A stretch of DNA of 63,998 bases, counting the filler, from Octopus bimaculoides (taxonomy: Eukaryota): assembly GCF_001194135.2 (NCBI RefSeq). It is 5 parts of 5 records of this genome, joined end to end, with 100 filler letters (N's around TTAATTAATTAA, not from the genome) between each part and the next. Parts side by side here need not be neighbours in the genome. Positions count along the whole stretch, not along the records: positions 23,331 to 52,570 come from NC_068982.1; 4 more parts are not named here. One strand, written 5' to 3'. Shown in pieces: positions 36,186-47,525 of the stretch (positions are counted from its first letter, which is position 1; every line of letters begins with the position of its first letter). The notes below the pieces were generated by a model, which saw nothing but the letters and a program-made list of their open reading frames with translations, had not been told where the DNA came from and did not search any database. A program made the translations under genes and the position numbers.

Positions 36186-37089
36186 TTAACATAAATATGA
36201 ACCCTATGAAACAGGTTGTTTCTATGAGGGAACCATAAGCAGTCTCAAGTATGTTGGTATCAAAAGGGTTTGGCTAATTCATAGGAAAATATGTCTTTTA
36301 TGAATTGAAATTTCTCAGTGATGGTAAAATGTAAAGATATCTAAAAATTACTTCTCACATGATGTATTCTGAGGTGGGATGGTGAAACTTTATATTGATG
36401 GCATTTCATTATCTAGACATCATCCTCTGCCTGGTGAGCAGCAACAATCAGAATGATGACCGGCATATTTAGTCTTAAAACATTCAGGCAGATTCAAATG
36501 TAAATATGCTAATTTTGTGGTGTTTCATCAGTGGTGAATCGCTCCTCCTATTAATTGCTGGTAGGGACACTGTATTTTGTTATGCAACCATAATATTCTA
36601 CCAAATATATTAAATGTTTATAAGTCAATCCTGTATCCTACTTGTGTTAGCAGTGCAAATCAGTCACTTTTAAGTTATCTCTACAGACTTTCTATAGTAA
36701 CTAGAGCCAGCGCTGAAAGCTATGACTTTTCATATACGAATATGTCTATGTAAACAATGTGATCAAAAATGGAAAAATGGGTAATGGGTGTACATGGATA
36801 TTTCAGGAGTTCTTGCTCCTTCTTCAGTATCACATCCAACCCATTAACCACCCACAAACATGTTGCTTAAATAACCACTAATATTTAGCTGTGTAACACA
36901 ATTGGATTTATTGATTTTACATATTAAACCCATTCCTGGCAACTGGTATGTACTTATTAATTGTGGGTGGGTTGGAGCACCGTATTTTGCTATACAACCA
37001 TAATATTCTACCAAGTATATTAAAGGTTTACTAGTCAATACTTTAAAAGGCTTCGCCTATATGACAAACGTTTGTTTGCAACATACACA

Positions 37090-37415
37090 TAGGTGGTAAG
37101 TAGCTTGCTTACCAACCACATGGTTCTGGGTTCAGTCCCACATTGTGTAGTAACTTGTGAGTAAATTTGGAAGACGGAAACTGAAAGAAGCCCATCATGT
37201 GCGTGTGTGTGTGTATTTGTATATGTGTTTGTCCCCCACCACCATCACTTGAAAAACCGATGTTGGTGTGTTTACGTCCCCATAACTTAGTGGTTTGGCA
37301 AAAGAGACCGATAGAATAAGTACTAGGCTTACAAAGAATAAGTCCTGGGGTTGGTTTGTTCAACTAAAGGCGGTGCTCCAGCATGGCCACAGTCAAATGA
37401 CTGAAACAAGTAAAA
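37090..37415 (+). mobile_element. SINE family B with central deletion
   Basis: gtggtaagtagcttgcttaccaaccacatggttc...gactgaaacaagtaaaa. Confidence 0.85.
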
Positions 37416-39454
37416 AAAAATACTTGATTCATTAATGCAAGGGACTCCGGTTTGACAGTCATTGTTTCGACATTGTTGGGTCTCGTCAGCTTGAGACCCA
37501 CCCCCACCCCACCAGACTAATAATGAAGCTAACAAGAGACAAATTCCTTGTGCTAATGAAGACTGTTCTCCAATGATGAAATAAAACAGCAATTAAAATA
37601 TTCACATTGAAACTTGTTGGAAGATATCAAGAACAAATATCCAAGTCATCATCATTATTAAAACGTTCCACCAATTATTCTGTGGGTAAGCATCACAAAA
37701 TATACTATTCTATGTTTATATAATACCCTTAGCTTTTACTGAATTTCACATGCGCTTATGAGGGGGAACCATGACCTGCTAGAAATAGCAGTCAAATTTT
37801 ATATGCAGACCGTTATAGAAGAGAACACTTTGGATAATAATAATGATGATTTCAAATTTTGCCACAAGGGCAGCAATTTTGGTGGGAAGGGGATGAGCTG
37901 AATACATTGACCCCCTCCCCAGTATTCAACTGGTACTTGATTTATCAACCCTGAAAGGATAAAAGGCAAAGTCAACGTCGGCGGAATTTGAACTCAGAAN
38001 NNNNNNNNNNNNNNNNNNNNNNNNNNNNNNNNNNNNNNNNNNNNNNNNNNNNNNNNNNNNNNNNNNNNNNNNNNNNNNNNNNNNNNNNNNNNNNNNNNNN
38101 NNNNNNNNNNNNNNNNNNNNNNNNNNNNNNNNNNNNNNNNNNNNNNNNNNNNNNNNNNNTAATAATAATAATAATAATAATAATAATAAGAGTAATAATA
38201 ATAATCCTTTTAACTAAAAAGGCACAAGCCCTGAAATTATGGGGGGGGGAAGTCAATTAAATCGACCCCAGTACTCAACTGGTACTTGATTTATCAACCC
38301 TGAAAGGATAAAAGGCAAAGTCAACGTCGGCGGAATTTGAACTCAGAACATAGCGGCAGATGAAATACTGCTAAGCATTTCGCCCAGCATGCTAACAATT
38401 CTGCCAGCTCACTGCCTAAATAATAATAATAATAATAATAATGCAAAATACTTTGTATCTAGAGACAAAAAATGTGTTGGTCAATGCTGAAATCATGACT
38501 TGATTATAAATTTGTTCATCATCATTATCATTTAACGTCTGTTTGGGTTGGATGGTTTGACCAGAACTAGCAAGCTAGAGAGCTGCACCAGGCTCCAGTC
38601 TGATTCGGAGCCTGGTGTTAATCACCAGCAACAGAACTAACATTTTCTCCACTTGACAAAATATGGTTAATTATTTACATACGTATGAAATAAATCCCTA
38701 GACAGCTGGATGATGTCTTTCATAGACCACGAATGTCTACTGTAATGTGAATGTAAGTTGGTCAAGTGATAATACTTCATCTTTGTCACTGGCCTAATCA
38801 TGGTAAAAACAGTTTCAAAATCACTTGAGAGTCACCTCTATTTTAGCTGATAATCTGGGAAATTATGACAAAATAGAAACATCTACTGACACCTTCTGCG
38901 CTCTAATCGCTGGAAAAATAGATTCTTTGGAAGGTGGAATGATGTTAGACTGTGGTCATGCTGATGGTCAGCATTCATAAGAGATGTGGTGAACTCATTG
39001 GTCAGAGTTGGCTCAACCTACCCCAGGAGAATTCCACCACCAGTATAAGAGATGGGGACTGTCATCAGACTATGGCTGTGCTGGGGGTTCTGCTGACAGA
39101 CTTGTGACTTTTGGAAGAGGGGAAGCCTGCTATCAGACTATGGTCGTGCTGGTGGAACAGCCATCAGACTGTGGCCATGTGGGGTGACTGGTCCTAAGAG
39201 GGGGACTGGTGTTAAACAGAGGTGGATTGTCTTAAAGGGTTTTCGTTGATTATATCAGCATCAGTATTTTGTCAAGTATTTATTTTATTAACCTCAGACA
39301 GATGGAAAGCAAAGTTGACCCCGGGGTGGATTAAACTCAGAACATAACAGGAAACATAACCAAAATAATAGAATTACTACAAGAGATAGTTCTCATACAT
39401 AAACACAGAATGTGGTGGATTGCTGGTATTTAACAAATATTCTTTTCTACTCAA

Positions 39455-39878
39455 GGCACAAGGCCTGAAATTTTGGGGGTAGGGGGCCAGTAGATTAGAT
39501 CAAAGGCAGTACACAAGTGGCACTAATTTATCGACCCTGGAAGTATTAAAGGCAAAGTCGACCTTGGCAGAATTTGAACTCAGAATGTAAAAACAGATGA
39601 AATACCGCTAAGCATTTCGCCTGGTGTGCTAACATTTCTGCTAGCTTGCTGCCTTATTTCTTTATTGCCCACAGGAGGCTAAACATAGAGGGGACAAACA
39701 AAGGGTTTAAGTCGATTACATTGACCCCAATGCATAACTGGTACTTATTTATTGACCCCAAAAGGATGACAGACAAAGTCAACCTCGGTGGAATTTGAAC
39801 TCAGAACGTAACGGCAGACGAAATACCGATAAGCATTTAACCTGGCATGCTAATGATTCTGCCAGCTAGCCACCCTAA
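39455..39878 (-). mobile_element. Two head-to-tail SINE family A copies with different 3' tails
   Basis: First begins ttctactcaaggcacaaggcctgaaatttt; second begins tttctttattgcccacagg; both share the core and head. Confidence 0.85.
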
Positions 39879-39961
39879 TTTAACAAATATTGAGAAAGTG
39901 ATGGAGTGGGGTTGAGAGAGAGAGAGAGAGAGAGAGAAGATGTGTGTAGTAGGATGAATGT

Positions 39962-40170
39962 ATTAATCCTTTTGCTATACTTCTGTTGAAATACAGATTA
40001 TTCTCAATTGAAAAAAATATTGCAAAATAACTTTGTCATTGTGAAGCCGGAGTTTGGATCATAAATTAACGTGAAATTTTAGAGGAGGTTTTAATTAAGA
40101 TCACTTTAAAACAGGGAGGTTGTACAATAAAACCAAGGGTGGTCTTGAAGGGTTTTAAGGCATTAACAAA
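39962..40170. mobile_element. Second piggyBac-type MITE family, decayed
   Basis: ttaatcctttg...ctgttgaaataca...gtgaaattttagaggaggtttttaattaagatcactttaaaacagg...aagggttttaa; fragments at about 34893-35000 and 55660-55740. Confidence 0.55.
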
Positions 40171-41575
40171 TATGTTAGAAATCTATTTCAATATTTTAAA
40201 ATTCGATTTTATAAGATTACATTTTAAGCTTGTTGAGTTTTATGGTGTTAAAAGAGACAAAGTTAGCAAAGAAGGATGCTCCCAAGGACTTCGTTTGTGG
40301 TTGGGAAGCAAACTTCTTAATCACGCAGCTACACCTCAGCTGTGTATGTCAGTGTGTATATATTTGTCCCACCCATGCCAGCATGGAAGGCAGACGTTAA
40401 ACACTAATGATGATGATGATGATATCTATGTCTAAGTATACACGTATTGAAGAGTAGTTATTTTTGTCAGTATTCTGTGAAGTTACATGGTCTGATGGTT
40501 AGGGTAATGCACTCATGATCGCCAGGTCAATGTTCGATTCCCAGACTGGATGGCATATTGTGTTCTTGAGCAAAACACTTCAGACCACGTTGGTCTAGTG
40601 CCACGGGGGAACCAGCATGTCAAAAAATGTCCCAACGCTTTGCATGTTGTAAAAGACAACTAAAAATGTTTGAGGTAGAATTTAAACTCTGACCTCACAA
40701 AATCCTCTCTAGTAGCAACTATCCAAACAGACCCATGGGTTGGAAAGTCATCGTCTTAGCAGTGCAAAGGTGTCAACTGCCAGGAGAAGGGAATCACCAA
40801 CAAATGGTGGATACAGTGCCACACTGTTACAGCACATGTCCCCATACTACAACTACTGCAACTAGTGTTTTGTGAACTTTCAAAAGCAGTAAATAACTAA
40901 GATTAAAAATCTGAAGCAGTATTTTGTTATCTCCCTTTATGTTCTGAGTTCAAATCCACTTAGAACTATTTTGCTTTTCAGCCCTGACCTAAACAATTCC
41001 TAGACATATATTAACTAGGAAGGAAATAACTATACATCTCCTCCTTATGTTAACTGTGTCAATGTTAAAGATTATAACCTTCTCTATACAAAGAAAACTG
41101 ACGTATAATCGATGTTCAATGCTAGTGAAACAGCTGCAGGGTACAATTGGAACATAATAGGAAAAGCCTGCAGCATGTTGTCCATTAAGTTTGCGATAAA
41201 CCTTTGCACCAACTTTCTATCAATATTTCCAAAGCTGGATCTACACAAGCCTTCACAACTGAAAACAGGTTATCAATATCGGTAGCTAAAGGCTGTTGGG
41301 CCCTCATATGCTGAATTGAATGAGAGTATCCAATGTATATATATTTATATGTGTGTGTGTGTGCGCTTGCACATATACATATATATATGAGAGGTTTTGG
41401 CATCCAGAAGAACCAATACATATAGACATATGTATATATGTGTGTGTGTATATATATATATATATTACAACAAAATTTTATATAGAGTTACCCAAGGTTT
41501 CGCACCCACAAAGCTAAAGCCTTGTGGACAGCTCATCAGAAAATTTTGTTGTAACGACTACTGCTCTATTTTCAT

Positions 41576-41606
<31 letters not shown>

Positions 41607-41977
41607 TGAAAAAAGTCAAGGTAGAAAATGCTAAAATAATTTTATAAAAAACGTTTCAGTCCTGGTTTCAGTCATTGAGACTTTTTCAACTGTAAGTATG
41701 GAAAACAATTCAATTTTGGAAAAATTAAATGAAATGTCTTTTAAAAAAATATTTGCATAGTATTCAAATACANNNNNNNNNNNNNNNNNNNNNNNNNNNN
41801 NNNNNNNNNNNNNNNNNNNNNNNNNNNNCAAATATTCTTTTAAAATACATTTCTTTTAATTTTTCCCAAATTCAATTGTTTTCCATACTTACAGTTGAAA
41901 AAGTCTCAATGACCGAAACCGGTACTGAAATGCTTTTTATAAAATCATTTTAGCATTTTCTACCTTGACTTTTTTAT
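41607..41977. repeat. Long inverted repeat in a (TA)n site; each arm carries a dead hammerhead-like motif
   Basis: 41609-41772 is approximately the reverse complement of 41829-41975 across a small N gap; cag-TTGAAAA-a-GTC-tcaat-GAC-c-GAAA-CCGGTA-ctg at 41892-41927. Confidence 0.85.
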
Positions 41978-42013
41978 TCCACATATATATATCAACTCAT
42001 GTGTTCCTTTTCA

Positions 42014-42056
<43 letters not shown>

Positions 42057-42425
42057 ACACACACACACACACACATTTGTACATGTGTATGTATATATAT
42101 ATATACATATGTACATGTCTGTGTGTATGTATATATATATATGTGTGTGTGTGTATGTGTGTGTGTATGTGTATATATACATATATATATGTACTGTTGA
42201 TAAAGAAATAGGTTATCAAAATAATCCAAATTCTCTTCCGCATGAAGAACACAATTTTGTTGGAGGAGTTTTTTTTTTGTTTTAGTTTTGTTTAAGAAAC
42301 TTAATTTTTGGCTTCAGTTGTACCATCTTGAAAATACCACTATGGTATAACTATCAAATTATGGTCAAACATTATCAAAATGAGAAACATAGGCAACACC
42401 TGAAAGAACATCTAAACCATTTCCT

Positions 42426-42836
42426 TCATGAATTAACAGATATTTCAAATGGGATATAGAAAGAGTTGTCTGTAGAATTAATTATAGCAGTTGATGGTTT
42501 TTCAATAGTGTTTGTGAAATTAGAGGCATTATTCGATGTTGTAGGCACTGGATTGTAAACAGATTCAGAACATGGACTCACTAATTGGGAATCCCCTAAT
42601 TCAGGCATTAATTGTTCTTTAACAGATTCTGTGTGTTTTAGAGTGTAATATTTCTTGTATGGTTTAGTTCTAACTTTCAGAAATTCTTCCTTTGATAAAA
42701 CGTGAATACCTGCAGCAGTAAGCAACTTGCCATGTCTTGTTTTCAAATGTCTTTTATATGTGTTACGTGTTTTGAATTTTTGTGGGCAGTCTTTGCATTC
42801 AAACGGAGTTTCTCCTGTGTGTCGTCGCAAATGCTC
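42426..42836 (-). CDS. C2H2 zinc-finger protein, last exon (end of finger 3, finger 4, C-terminal tail)
   Basis: Acceptor ctttag|GAG; EHLRRHTGETPFECKDCPQKFKTRNTYKRHLKTRH; phase 0 matches the upstream exon. Confidence 0.92.
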   Translation of the reverse strand, partial: EHLRRHTGETPFECKDCPQKFKTRNTYKRHLKTRHGKLLTAAGIHVLSKEEFLKVRTKPYKKYYTLKHTESVKEQLMPELGDSQLVSPCSESVYNPVPTTSNNASNFTNTIEKPSTAIINSTDNSFYIPFEISVNS

Positions 42837-42944
42837 CTAAAGAGAAGAGAAGGAGCAAGCATTAACATTTTCATAATGTCATAATATACAATTACTTACT
42901 TTACATCACAAAGTTATTAAAATAATATAACAATGAAATTATGG

Positions 42945-43270
42945 TGTATAGTGCTCAGGTGCACTACAACTCATCAGAAGGTGCATATACAGGGCATAGA
43001 ATCATGTACAAGAGTCAGGACAGTGAACGGGTCATGATAGACATTTGTGCATGCGTATGGAGGGGAGGATAGGGAGGATGTCAGGTGTAGTGTTGGTGAA
43101 TTTCAGGAAGCATGGAGGTTTTAAAGGATGCAATGTCTCGGCAGCTAACAACTGATGCAGGTTGTCTGTTCCATGCTTCAGCAACTCTGAGTGTGAAAAA
43201 ATGTTTCTGAAAGTCATGGGAGCTGTGCTGCTTTCTGACTTTGTAGACATGCCCACGTGTGTTAGACACA
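42945..43270 (-). mobile_element. CR1-type LINE 3' end in the last intron of the zinc-finger gene
   Basis: SNTRGHVYKVRKQ...KHFFTLRVAEAWNRQPASVVSCRDIASFK, the classic TRGH..FF..RV..WN.LP..VV..FK motif. Confidence 0.85.
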
Positions 43271-43318
43271 AAAAAGAGTTGTTATAATCTCTATATAATA
43301 ACAGCCAATATAAAATTA

Positions 43319-43570
43319 GTTTGTGAAATATAATGTCTTGAAAGGCACAACAATGCAGGGTGGACTATAATAACTGCTTTAATTTAATTATTCATAGTCA
43401 CTGTTATAATCGGTTTATAGCAGTGACTCAATCAATTCCTAGCGATACCTGAAGAAGGAATTTTTATATTCGAAAATATTATTATATTAGACTATAAATA
43501 ATTAAATTATAACAGTTATTATAGTCCACCCTGCATTGTTGTGCCATTCAAGACATTATATTTCATAAAC
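43319..43570. repeat. Inverted-repeat element (58-bp arms) with a central hammerhead-like core
   Basis: 43319-43376 pairs with 43513-43570; CTGAAGA-ag-GAAT..ATTC-GAAA at 43449-43475. Confidence 0.85.
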
Positions 43571-43781
43571 AATACACAATGCTTCAAGCAAACAACAATA
43601 CTCTCCTAAAAACAGTTGTTTGGTTGGTTGATTTCTCCAGTCAAGAGAGATTTTTGCTTTATAAACAAAAGAATAATGATAGAACTGGGAATTAAAACTA
43701 AACAGCATTTAGTCTGAAACTGCCAGATGTTGGTGGAAGAAGAAGGGGAAACAAAAGGAGGATAAAATGTCACAACCGTAC

Positions 43782-43927
43782 CTTAAAATGGCTGGGATGC
43801 CGAAATTTTCTGCCACAGTCTTTGCAAGTGAAACGGCTTTGATTGTTATGGATTAACATGTGATAGTTGAGACTGTGTTGTCTTGTAAATGTGGTACTGC
43901 ACAGAAGGCACACAAATGGTTTAATTC
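43782..43927 (-). CDS. C2H2 zinc-finger protein exon (finger 2 and most of finger 3); not in the ORF track
   Basis: gtttag|GA ATT AAA CCA...TTT AAG|gtacgg; (G)IKPFVCLLCSTTFTRQHSLNYHMLIHNNQSRFTCKDCGRKFRHPSHFK; phases 1 and 0 fit both neighbours. Confidence 0.93.
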
Positions 43928-44394
43928 CTAAACAGAATTAAGGAAATTAAATTAGTAAGAACTCTCTTTGTTAAAAACTATGAAGTGGCTTCTTAAGTGT
44001 TAATGAAATATTTAAATTAACGAACACATTATATATATACACACACAAGGTATTTGAAAGATTCCACAGAATAAAACTACCATGTGATATTGGTAATGTC
44101 TCCAGTCGCTGTTACTAATGAGTGGAGACATTACTGTCAGAGGAAGTCTGTTTCCTTGATTTCAAAAAAAATCATAAAATTTTAATATCAGTGTTTCTTG
44201 AAAGGAAAAAAAAAAACAACAGTGGAAGAGATTGAAGATCAGTTTAGATGGCATTTATGGATTGTATATCTCACACACACACACACACACACATCACATA
44301 TGAGTTTGACTTGGCTTCATATGACTTTCATGAGTGCACAAGAGAGACCCAGGTCATCAGATATCAGAAGAGACATTTGGAGCTGAGTTAAACT

Positions 44395-44720
44395 CATCAT
44401 CATCATCCTCGTCGTTTAACGTCCGCTTTCCATACTAGCATGGGTTAGACAGTTTGACTGAGGACTGGCAAGCCAGATGGCTACACCAGGCTCCAATCTG
44501 ATCTGGCAGAGTTTCTACAGCTGGATGCCCTTCCTAACACCAACCACTCAGAGAGTGTAGTGGGTGCTTTTACGTGCCACCGGCACGAAGACCAGTCAGG
44601 CGGTACTGGCAATGGCCACACTTGAAACGGTGTCTTTTACGTGCCACCTGCACAGGAGCCAGTCCAGCGGCACTGGCAACGATCTCGCTCGAATGTCTTT
44701 ACACGTGCCACTGGCACAAC
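44395..44720 (-). mobile_element. SINE family C
   Basis: catcatcatc..gtttaacgtccgctttccatactagcatggg...gctggatgcccttcctaacaccaacc. Confidence 0.85.
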
Positions 44721-45284
44721 CTCTACCAAATGTGTTGAGTGACACTTTCTTTCATTTGTCCACTCACACACCATTGTGATATTTGTTGGTGAACTGATGA
44801 TGGAATTGGATATTTGATATGCTTGTTTGCAAATTTTTTTATGTTGGTGGGGGTGGTGGTGCCCCCTCTCTCTCTCTCTCTTTTTATTCTGAGTTGTCCT
44901 TCATTATTGTATAGTTGAAAGTGTTTGTGGATTTACAGTTTATGGTGATTACTTATATTGATCATCGTCACCATTTAACGTCCATTGTCCATGCTGGCAT
45001 GGGTTGGACTGTTTGACCACAGTTGGCCAGCTGGAAGGCTGCACCAGACTCCAGTCTCATGTAGCATGGTTTTCTATGGCTGGATGCCCTTCATAAGGCC
45101 AACCACTCCAAGAGTGTAACAGGAGCTTTTATGTGCCACCGGCATGGGTAACAGAGAAGAACGACTATATCAAAACAAATTTATGGAAAGCTAAAGACTT
45201 GTTGCCAAATATTAAAACCTATACCACTAATGGCTGTTCTGATGATAAGAATGAAAGGATCAAAGACAAGTTTTAGATACTTAC

Positions 45285-45420
45285 CAGCATGGCTACGATA
45301 GTGGTACATTAGAGTTGCACTGGCTGTAAAAGTCTTGTCAAGACAAATTTGACAAGCAAGAGCAATTTTATCATCTTTCTTGCGGCCTTTCAATTCCCTG
45401 ATGCAACGTAATGCGGTTTT
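45285..45420 (-). CDS. C2H2 zinc-finger protein exon (finger 1)
   Basis: ttgaag|AAA ACC GCA...CAT GCT G|gtaagt; KTALRCIRELKGRKKDDKIALACQICLDKTFTASATLMYHYRSHA. Confidence 0.9.
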
Positions 45421-45683
45421 CTTCAATATATAAGAAAAAGACAAAAAAAAAACAAAATAATAATAATAATTTTTTTCTACTATAGGCACAAAGCCTGAAA
45501 TTTGGGGGAAGGGGACTAGTTGATTACATCAACCCCAGCGTTTCACTGGTACTTAATTTATCGACCCCGAAAGGATGAAAGGCAAAGGTGACCGTGGCAG
45601 AATTTGAACTCAGAACGCAGCGATGGGTGAAATACCACCAAGTATTTCATCCAGTATGCTTATGATTCTGCCAGTTTGCCACC

Positions 45684-45720
<37 letters not shown>

Positions 45721-46134
45721 TGATAATAATCCTTTCTACAATAGATACAAGGCCTGAAATTTTGAGGGGAAGGAGCTCGTTGATGACTGATCCCAAAAGG
45801 ATGAAAGACAAAGTTAATCTCAGCAGAAATTGAAATCAGAAGTGATGTGGGCATTTGCCTTTTCTGCCCAGCCTTTCTGAGGCTGCAGTCATTCAACCAA
45901 TTTCTGGACAGGACTAGCCACCCTGTTTCTCGCCTCATCCTAGGTCCAGTCTACATGTATTTGTTGCAAGTGAACCAGACCGTGAGTGGTTTATCTGGTC
46001 CATCAATCCAACATCCTATAACATTATTGAACAACACTGACCAGCCTCTTCATGTGTCCAGTTGCAAGCCCATCAAGTTGTCTGCATTGATCTTGACTCC
46101 TGCCACCATCTCATATTGCTTTAGAATAGTGTCA

Positions 46135-46460
46135 GTGCCGATGGCACGTAAAAAGCATCATCCAAACATGGCTGATGCCAGTACCACCTGACTGGCCCCA
46201 GGGCCAGTGGCACATAAAAAGCACTATCCGAATGTGATCGATGCCAGTACCGCCGGACTGGCTCTCATACCGGTGGCACATAAAAAGCATCCACTACACT
46301 CTCGGAGTGGTTGGCATTAGGAAGGGCATCCAGCTGTAGAAACCTTGCCAGATCAGATTGGAGCCTGGTGCAGCTGCTGGCTCTCCAGACCTAAGTCAAA
46401 CCATCCAACCCATGCCAGCATGGAAAACGGACGTTAAACGACGACGATGATGATGATGCC
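46135..46460 (+). mobile_element. SINE family C with internal tandem sub-repeats and (GAT)n tail
   Basis: Three ggcac(g/a)taaaaagca units, then ggaagggcatccagctgtagaaac...ggacgttaaacgacgacgatgatg. Confidence 0.85.
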
Positions 46461-47028
46461 CACTTCTGTGATGTCCAACACAATGAAAATTATGTTGTTG
46501 GCACATGCCAACATGTCTCTCCTGGTCCCAGTTTAAAATGGAAGCCCCTCACACTTCCAGCCATAACAGGGCACTATATCAGATTAAAATACATGAAAAT
46601 ACACATAAAGTTATCTAAATATTAATTTTTATCATTGACATAAAGTTCAACAGAGGGAGAGAGGTAGCTATATTGGTTTACCTGTCTCCAATATTTAACT
46701 GTTACTTATTTTATCAACACCTCTCACCCCAGGGGGTGGATGCAAGACAAACTCAGCATTAGTGGGATTTGAACTCACAACATACAGGAATGTAACTATC
46801 AGCTGTACATTTTGCCAAGAGCCCTACTGAGTTCACTACCTACTGGTTTTATCTCAATATCACTCCTGAAATATACCGAAAGAGACTAGATAATGCCATT
46901 TCTCATCTCTACTTTTATTATTATTACTTCAAGAAACACCATCATCATCATCATTTAATGTCCATTTTCCGTGCTGGCATGGGTTGGACAGTTTGACAGA
47001 AAATGGCAAACTGGGGAGCATGGTTTCT

Positions 47029-47246
47029 TATTTCTTTATTGCCCACAAGGGGCTAAACATAGAGGGGACAAACAAGGACAGACAAAGGGATTAAGTCGAT
47101 GACATCAACCCCAGTGTTTCACTGGTACTTAATTTACCGACCCCGAAAGAATGAAAGGCAAAGTCGACCTCGGCAGAATTTGAACTCAGAACGTAACAAC
47201 AGACAAAATACCGCTAAGCATTTCGCCCGGCGTGCTAACATTTGTG
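47029..47246 (-). mobile_element. SINE family A nested in a family C SINE, with 11-bp TSD
   Basis: TSD gcatggtttct at 47018-47028 and 47247-47257; the host element resumes after the insert. Confidence 0.88.
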
Positions 47247-47316
47247 GCATGGTTTCTATGGCTCACTGCCCTTCGTAACGTCAAAATTTTACAAATCAAA
47301 TTCTACAAACACTTAC

Positions 47317-47525
47317 CCTTTCTAATTCAGCAGCTGTATTCTTCTCAAAATCTTTCTTCTTCTTCTTGGGACAAGGGGCGTTATATTCCACTGCTTCTCC
47401 TTCGCTAAGGGATTCATTCTCTTCTGGCACCTGGAGTTTCCCTTTTTTGGCTAAAGCTGATTTCGGCATAGGGGGATATGGTTCTGAATACAAACAAACG
47501 TCAGCATTATCATCGTTACAATACT
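47317..47525 (-). CDS. C2H2 zinc-finger protein exon; acceptor uncertain (47525 or 47538)
   Basis: Donor GAA AGG|gtaagt (phase 0) joins KTALR; YCNDDNADVCLYSEPYPP...KKKKKDFEKNTAAELER; only ccag|AG at 47525 matches the phase-1 upstream donor. Confidence 0.75.

Noticed and set aside
37917-38348. Exact ~80-bp duplication of a SINE segment on both sides of a gap
   Set aside because: Identical sequence flanking an N run is most simply an unmerged contig overlap; the same applies to 54545-54625 and 58786-58856.
38945-39185. Four to five copies of an atcagact(a/g)tgg....gctgg motif with variable spacers, superficially CRISPR-like
   Set aside because: Repeats are degenerate, spacing is irregular, the context is eukaryotic and there are no cas genes; a decayed minisatellite.
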